From assembly GCA_965203905.1 (NCBI GenBank), contig CBDBDQ010000005.1:256001-320000 (forward strand): a stretch of 64,000 nt of DNA, given 5' to 3'. The position numbers were made by a program, and so were the translations under genes. The DNA comes from Spirochaetia bacterium (lineage in GTDB: Bacteria > Spirochaetota > Spirochaetia > SZUA-6 > Bin103). Positions within the stretch are counted from its first letter, which is position 1. Each line of letters opens with the position of its first letter. Of this stretch, positions 57,016 to 64,000 are shown piece after piece. The notes beneath the pieces are model-generated. The model ran no database searches and was not told where the DNA came from. It saw only the letters and a program-made list of their open reading frames with translations.

Positions 57016-59027
57016 AGCTGGCCCAGCTCGAGTGGCAGCGGTTCCTGACGCTGCTCCCCCAGTGGGACGCACTGGAACCCGACCTGCGCCTGGAGTGGCT
57101 CAAGCTGCAGCCGGCCAAACTCTACACCGTGGCGTTCCCAGGCCAGAACCAGGCGCTGGTCAGTGGTGGCTGGCTCACTCCAATCGGTGGCGAGCACTAC
57201 GAGGTGCCGCGCCGGCGCCGCTATTTTCATCGCGTGTTGCGCGCCTTGTCCCGCGTGCCGGTGTTGGACGACTACGGACACGGCGACCTGGAGCTTCTGG
57301 TCGAGTATGTGACCGAGCACTACTCACCGCGCGACTGCGCAACGCTCGGTCGCACGGACGCCGCGACCGGGCGCGCCGAACTGGCCTCGGAGATGGACTG
57401 CGAGGAGTGGTTACGCGATTTTCTCCTCTGGGAGGGTCCCGGCCCGCGCGCAGAAGGACCCGCGGAACGATGGCGCCGCGCGATGCCGGCGGCCATCTCC
57501 ACGGCGCGCGAGATGATCGAAACGGTGCAGGAGCACGGCGCACCGGTTTCCCTTGCCGAGATGCTCGCGGTGGCGGACCAGACCTCCCAGCGGAACGCCC
57601 TGGCGCTGGGGTTGGGTTTCGTGTCCAGGGAGGCCTTGCTGCTGTTCGGACTCGATGCAGGGGCGCAGCCCTTCGTCGGTTTGTGGCGGGCGTCCCGCTC
57701 CACGCCGGGCGCGGATGTCCGCGCTCCGGCGCCCGAGTTCGTCGACACGCTGCCGCTGTTCTGCCGGCCGCTGCTGGTGGACGACATGGCGGCTCTGCTG
57801 GTCGAATCGATGGCGGTACCGCCGCGCCTCAAGGCCGACCGCTCCACGCTGTTTGCCCGCGCGCGCGAGGCCATCGGCGCCGCGCTCACGGCGTTGCCGG
57901 GCTGGATCAGGTCCGATGATGGACCGCTGGCCATCGAAGTGCGTGTCGACATGGCCGCGCTGTCTGCCCGCCGGCTCGGGCTGGCGGCAGTCACGGGTAC
58001 CCGCGGCAAGGATCTCAGCCTGACCGTGACGGAGCACGGCCGCCATTGGCTGACGCTCGACGCCCAGGCACGACTCAAGCAGGTGCTCGACATGGTGCGC
58101 GAGGGAGCCGAAGAGTTCTGGTATTCCGGCGAGGAGTCGCCGTACGCCGGCGGCCGGGAGAGCGAGGTTGCGGCCCTGAACCTGGGCCTCGACTACCTGC
58201 CGTACGACCCCGGCCTGGAGTATCCGTGGGTCCACCGAGTGGATTGTCGCGCGGCCGTGACCGATGCCTTTCGCTCAGTCGCGGACGCCGCCGTGGTCTG
58301 TCTGGCCGATTTTGTCGGCCGGGAGTGCCGCGAGCGCAATCCCCTGACCGCTATCGCCTATATGCCCTACCTGCACGAAGGAGACATCGCGGAGCAGTGG
58401 CAAACGGCGTTGTACAGCTTCTTCAACCGACGGCTGATTGCGCTCGGCGGGGTGGCCCTTGGCCCGCTGACCGACGGCCAGGTCGGGTTCCGTGTCACCC
58501 CGGCCGGCAGGTATCTGCTGGGAGAGACCGATCAACTCCAGTTGGGCGCGCCCGAAGAGACCGGTGACGTCCTGGTGCAACCCAACTTCGAGATCGTGTT
58601 TCTGGCGCCGTCGGTGGAAGCCCAACTCCGCGCCCGTTCCCTTGCGGAGCCGACCGACGCGCTGGAAGGCTCGGATTCGGTGGGCACGCTGTTCGTCCTG
58701 CGCCGGGAATCGGTGCAACGCGCCGTCATGGCGGGCCAGGACAGGGACCGCATCATCGCCTCACTGCACGAACTGTCCAAGCATCCGCTGCCGAAGAACG
58801 TGGAGCGGCAGGTCAGTGCGTGGGCCTCGGAAGTGCGTTGGATCGAGGTTCGCCCGGCGGTCGTGGTGGACTGCGGCGACGCCGAGACGGCCGCCCGGGT
58901 GCTGGCCGTAGCCGGCAAGGCAGGCCGCAACCTCTCCCCCACCACGGTGGAATTGCTCTCCGGGACCAAGCTTACCCCGGCGATCCGCAAGAAGCTGCAG
59001 GCCGCCGGCATCTTCATACGCCAATGA
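57012..59027 (+). CDS. XPB-associated helicase-domain (Helicase_C_3) protein
   Basis: Coupled to xpb; C-terminal VQPNFEI...L.RESV.RA...G.....L..LS.HPLP.NV...W motif. Confidence 0.8.
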   Translation: MKLAQLEWQRFLTLLPQWDALEPDLRLEWLKLQPAKLYTVAFPGQNQALVSGGWLTPIGGEHYEVPRRRRYFHRVLRALSRVPVLDDYGHGDLELLVEYVTEHYSPRDCATLGRTDAATGRAELASEMDCEEWLRDFLLWEGPGPRAEGPAERWRRAMPAAISTAREMIETVQEHGAPVSLAEMLAVADQTSQRNALALGLGFVSREALLLFGLDAGAQPFVGLWRASRSTPGADVRAPAPEFVDTLPLFCRPLLVDDMAALLVESMAVPPRLKADRSTLFARAREAIGAALTALPGWIRSDDGPLAIEVRVDMAALSARRLGLAAVTGTRGKDLSLTVTEHGRHWLTLDAQARLKQVLDMVREGAEEFWYSGEESPYAGGRESEVAALNLGLDYLPYDPGLEYPWVHRVDCRAAVTDAFRSVADAAVVCLADFVGRECRERNPLTAIAYMPYLHEGDIAEQWQTALYSFFNRRLIALGGVALGPLTDGQVGFRVTPAGRYLLGETDQLQLGAPEETGDVLVQPNFEIVFLAPSVEAQLRARSLAEPTDALEGSDSVGTLFVLRRESVQRAVMAGQDRDRIIASLHELSKHPLPKNVERQVSAWASEVRWIEVRPAVVVDCGDAETAARVLAVAGKAGRNLSPTTVELLSGTKLTPAIRKKLQAAGIFIRQ

Positions 59028-59039
59028 GCCTCGTCCCGG

Positions 59040-59483
59040 TCAGGGACGGACGACCAGTTCGTCGGTCAGGAAGCCGGCGCGGTCGGTATCGAGCAGGAAT
59101 GCGCCATTGGCGACGACCCGCGGCGACGCTCCTTCCATACGCCGGATCGACACGATGACGTAGACGAAGTTGGGCTGGGCCAAGTCCAGGTCGGTGGCGC
59201 TGGGACGCGCCGGATGTTCCGGATGGGAGTGGTAGAAACCGAGCAGGGTCTGGCCGGTGGCGTCGGCCGCGCGCTCGGCGGCCAGGTAATCAAGCGGAGA
59301 AACCAGGTAGCGCCGCTTGCGATCGGCCTGCGAGCGGTTGTCGATCGGGAACAGCCGCTCCACGGTACGCGCCGCGCCGCCCTCGGCAACCGTGCCGATC
59401 AGCGCGCCCACGCACTCCTCCGGGTATGCCTCGCAAGCGTGCCACTCAAGCGTCGCGAAAAGGGTCTTCGGTAACGTAGTCAT
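59040..59483 (-). CDS. M67/JAB (Mec-like) metallopeptidase
   Basis: YPEECVG, GFYHSHP.HPA.PS.TD (JAMM motif). Confidence 0.92.
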   Translation of the reverse strand: MTTLPKTLFATLEWHACEAYPEECVGALIGTVAEGGAARTVERLFPIDNRSQADRKRRYLVSPLDYLAAERAADATGQTLLGFYHSHPEHPARPSATDLDLAQPNFVYVIVSIRRMEGASPRVVANGAFLLDTDRAGFLTDELVVRP

Positions 59484-60375
59484 CGTTCTCCCAATATGGA
59501 TCGTCGAGGTACTTCAGCGAGTTGTCGGGAAACAGGGTGGCCACGGTGGCGCCGGAGTTGCCGCGCGCCACCTCCAGCGCCGCCCACAGGTTGGCCGCCG
59601 CGCTGGGGCTCAGCGCGTAGCCGAGGTAGCGGCCCGCGGCGATGGCGTAGCGGTAGGCGGTTTCGGTGTCCGCCTCCAACAGCTCGTCGGCCACCGCGGT
59701 GTCGTAGATTCCCGGCACTCGCGCCGTGGGCATGTGCTTCCAGCCCTCCAGGCCGTGGATCGGGTTGTCCGGCTGCACGGCGACGCAGCGCACGCCGCGT
59801 TCGCGCAGGTAGCGGGCGGTGCCGATGAAGGTGCCGCTGGTGCCGAGGCCGGCGACGAAGTGGGTCACGGCGCCCTCGGACTGGCGCCAGATTTCGGGAC
59901 CGGTGGCGGCGTAGTGGGCGCGCCAGTTGTGCTCGTTGTTGTACTGGTCGGGGTAGAAGTAGCGTTGCGGATGTGCCGCCGCCAGCTCCGTGGCCTTGCG
60001 CTGGGCCCCGTCCGTACCCTCAAGGTTGGACGTAAAGGTGGAGCGGGCGCCGTAGTTGGCGATGATGCGCTTGCGCTCGGGGGTGACGTTGGCCGGCATC
60101 ACCAGCTCCACCGGCAGCCCCAGGGCGCTGCCGAACATCGCCAGCGCGATCCCGGTGTTGCCGCTGGTGGCTTCGAGGATCGTCTGTCCCGCCAGCCGGC
60201 CGTCCGCCAGGGCCGCCTCCAGCATACCCTTGGCGGCACGGTCCTTCACCGAGCCGCTGGGGTTGTAGAACTCCAGCTTGGCCAGAACCCGCGAACGGGT
60301 GATCGACTGCGAAATCTCCACCAGCGGCGTATCGCCCACCAGCCGGGCCAAGCGCTGGAACGCCCGGGTGCGCAC
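59446..60375 (-). CDS. cysM: PLP-dependent cysteine synthase (CysM-type)
   Basis: GDTPL, KLE..NPSGSVKDR, EATSGNTG, DQY.N, TGPEIW, GLGTSGT. Confidence 0.9.
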   Translation of the reverse strand: MRTRAFQRLARLVGDTPLVEISQSITRSRVLAKLEFYNPSGSVKDRAAKGMLEAALADGRLAGQTILEATSGNTGIALAMFGSALGLPVELVMPANVTPERKRIIANYGARSTFTSNLEGTDGAQRKATELAAAHPQRYFYPDQYNNEHNWRAHYAATGPEIWRQSEGAVTHFVAGLGTSGTFIGTARYLRERGVRCVAVQPDNPIHGLEGWKHMPTARVPGIYDTAVADELLEADTETAYRYAIAAGRYLGYALSPSAAANLWAALEVARGNSGATVATLFPDNSLKYLDDPYWENDDYVTEDPFRDA

Positions 60376-60381
60376 CGACTC

Positions 60382-62847
<2,466 letters not shown>

Positions 62848-62885
62848 CGCCTGTCACTCCACCGCGTAATGCGGATTCATTCTCG

Positions 62886-64000
62886 CTACAGCTGCACTTC
62901 CCACAGCACGTCGCGCAGCGCTTCCGACACCGTGGGATGCGGGAACACGATCTCGCGCAACTCCTCCACCCGCAGCTCCGCCTCGATCATGGTGGCGGCG
63001 CCGAAGATGATCTCCGAGGCGGGGGTGCCAATCATGTGCACCCCGAGCAGCACGTGGCTGTCGGCGTCGACGATCACCTTGACGATCCCGCGCGGCGTCG
63101 GCTGCACGCGCAGGGGCGACGTGACGGCCACCGCATCTGCGACACCGGAATCGCCGGCGCCGGGGGGTGCCAGGTGCTCGGCCAGGAAGCGGCCGTTGGC
63201 GGCCAACGGCATGCGCGCCACGCGCACACGCCGCCCCGAGGCGCGCGCGGCTTCTTCCGTCAGGCCGACCCCGGCGATCTCCGGCAGGGTGTAGACCACC
63301 CAGGGCACGGCGTGATAGCGCATGCGGTTGCTGCCCGGGCGCGCACCGGCGATGGCGTCGGCGGCCACCTCGCCCATGCGCGAGGCGGCGTGCGCGAGCA
63401 GCGAGCGGCCGGTGACGTCGCCCACGGCGTAGAGCCCGGCCACGTTGGTGCGCATGAACTCGTCCACCGTGATGCCGCGGCGGTTGAACAGCGCGCCTAC
63501 CGTCTCCAGTCCCAGCTCCGTCGCGTTGGGGACGCGCCCGGTAGCCAGCAGCACCAGGTCGGCGGCTTCCTCCCGCTCCCCCGCCGGGGTTTCCAGCGTC
63601 ACCCCGGAAGCGGTGACCGCGGTAACCCGCGAACCCAGGTGCCACACCACCTCCGGCAGCGCGCTCTTGAGCTGGCGCACGATGTCACCGTCGACGCCCG
63701 CCAGAATCTCCTCCAGCATCTCCACGACTACCACGTCGACGCCGACCGCGTGAAAGTAGCTGGCGAACTCCATCCCGATATAGCCGCCGCCCACGATCAC
63801 CACCCGCGCGGGCAGCTGCTCCAGCTGCAAAGCGCCGGTGCTGTCGACCACGTGGGGGAGGTCGGCGCCGGGGATCGGAGGCCGCGCGGCGCGCGACCCG
63901 GTGGCGATGATGATGTTACGGGCGCCCAGCTCGCGGCCGTCCACGGTCAGCCGGCCGCGACCGGCAAGGCGGGCGCTACCGGCCTCCACGGTGACGCCGT
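62886..64000 (-). CDS. lpdA: Dihydrolipoyl dehydrogenase (3' part; runs off window)
   Basis: IIATGS, GGGYIGME, GDV...LAH, VYT.PE.A.VG, HPTVSE. Confidence 0.92.
   Translation of the reverse strand, partial: GVTVEAGSARLAGRGRLTVDGRELGARNIIIATGSRAARPPIPGADLPHVVDSTGALQLEQLPARVVIVGGGYIGMEFASYFHAVGVDVVVVEMLEEILAGVDGDIVRQLKSALPEVVWHLGSRVTAVTASGVTLETPAGEREEAADLVLLATGRVPNATELGLETVGALFNRRGITVDEFMRTNVAGLYAVGDVTGRSLLAHAASRMGEVAADAIAGARPGSNRMRYHAVPWVVYTLPEIAGVGLTEEAARASGRRVRVARMPLAANGRFLAEHLAPPGAGDSGVADAVAVTSPLRVQPTPRGIVKVIVDADSHVLLGVHMIGTPASEIIFGAATMIEAELRVEELREIVFPHPTVSEALRDVLWEVQL

Noticed and set aside
53917-57072. Very long antisense ORFs (1051 aa here; also 22790..25273, 61057..63294, 30284..32008, 35555..37507 and many shorter ones)
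   Set aside because: They are shadow frames opposite well-supported genes in high-GC DNA and have no recognisable motifs.
55243-59027. XPB helicase plus partner as an anti-phage system
   Set aside because: This pair is a widespread chromosomal DNA-repair-type module, has host-like composition and lies outside the defence island.

Overview
High-GC bacterial chromosomal region. The signal peptides of the ABC solute-binding proteins, the fused E1 alpha/beta dehydrogenase, XPB with its partner gene, and the many phytanoyl-CoA dioxygenase-family genes suggest a Spirochaetaceae-like, possibly sponge-associated, organism (inference only). From left to right: (1) partial leuC; two peptide-type ABC uptake clusters without ATPase genes; a CRTAC1/ASPIC gene; PhyH dioxygenases; an arylsulfotransferase; a fatty-acid desaturase; and a decaying stretch with an IS91 remnant and pseudogenes (13-19.5 kb). 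(2) A Zn/Mn ABC locus (znuA ... znuC-znuB) interrupted by an oppositely oriented five-gene operon: a His-rich SO_0444/DUF318 metal permease fused to an HflK-type SPFH domain, then hflC, hflK, a periplasmic binding protein and a membrane protein. This is the best candidate for an undescribed system. (3) A rearranged defence island (33-47 kb): an AT-rich two-gene module with a HEPN RxxxxH motif, an unknown nuclease-like/membrane protein, an HTH-less ImmA/IrrE, a Gabija-like OLD+UvrD pair, a methylase remnant, McrBC and an AAA ATPase. The UvrD-to-AAA block appears to split a PIN-like gene at a TTCTC direct repeat. (4) A TRAP transporter with an NCS2 permease carrying a degenerate HATPase-like tail; a CysM-Mec-(ubiquitin-like/E1/rhodanese fusion) sulfur-carrier cysteine pathway split by ybdK-xpb-partner; and fused E1 plus partial lpdA. 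No rRNA, tRNA or CRISPR array was seen. All family calls come from motif recognition by eye, not database searches.
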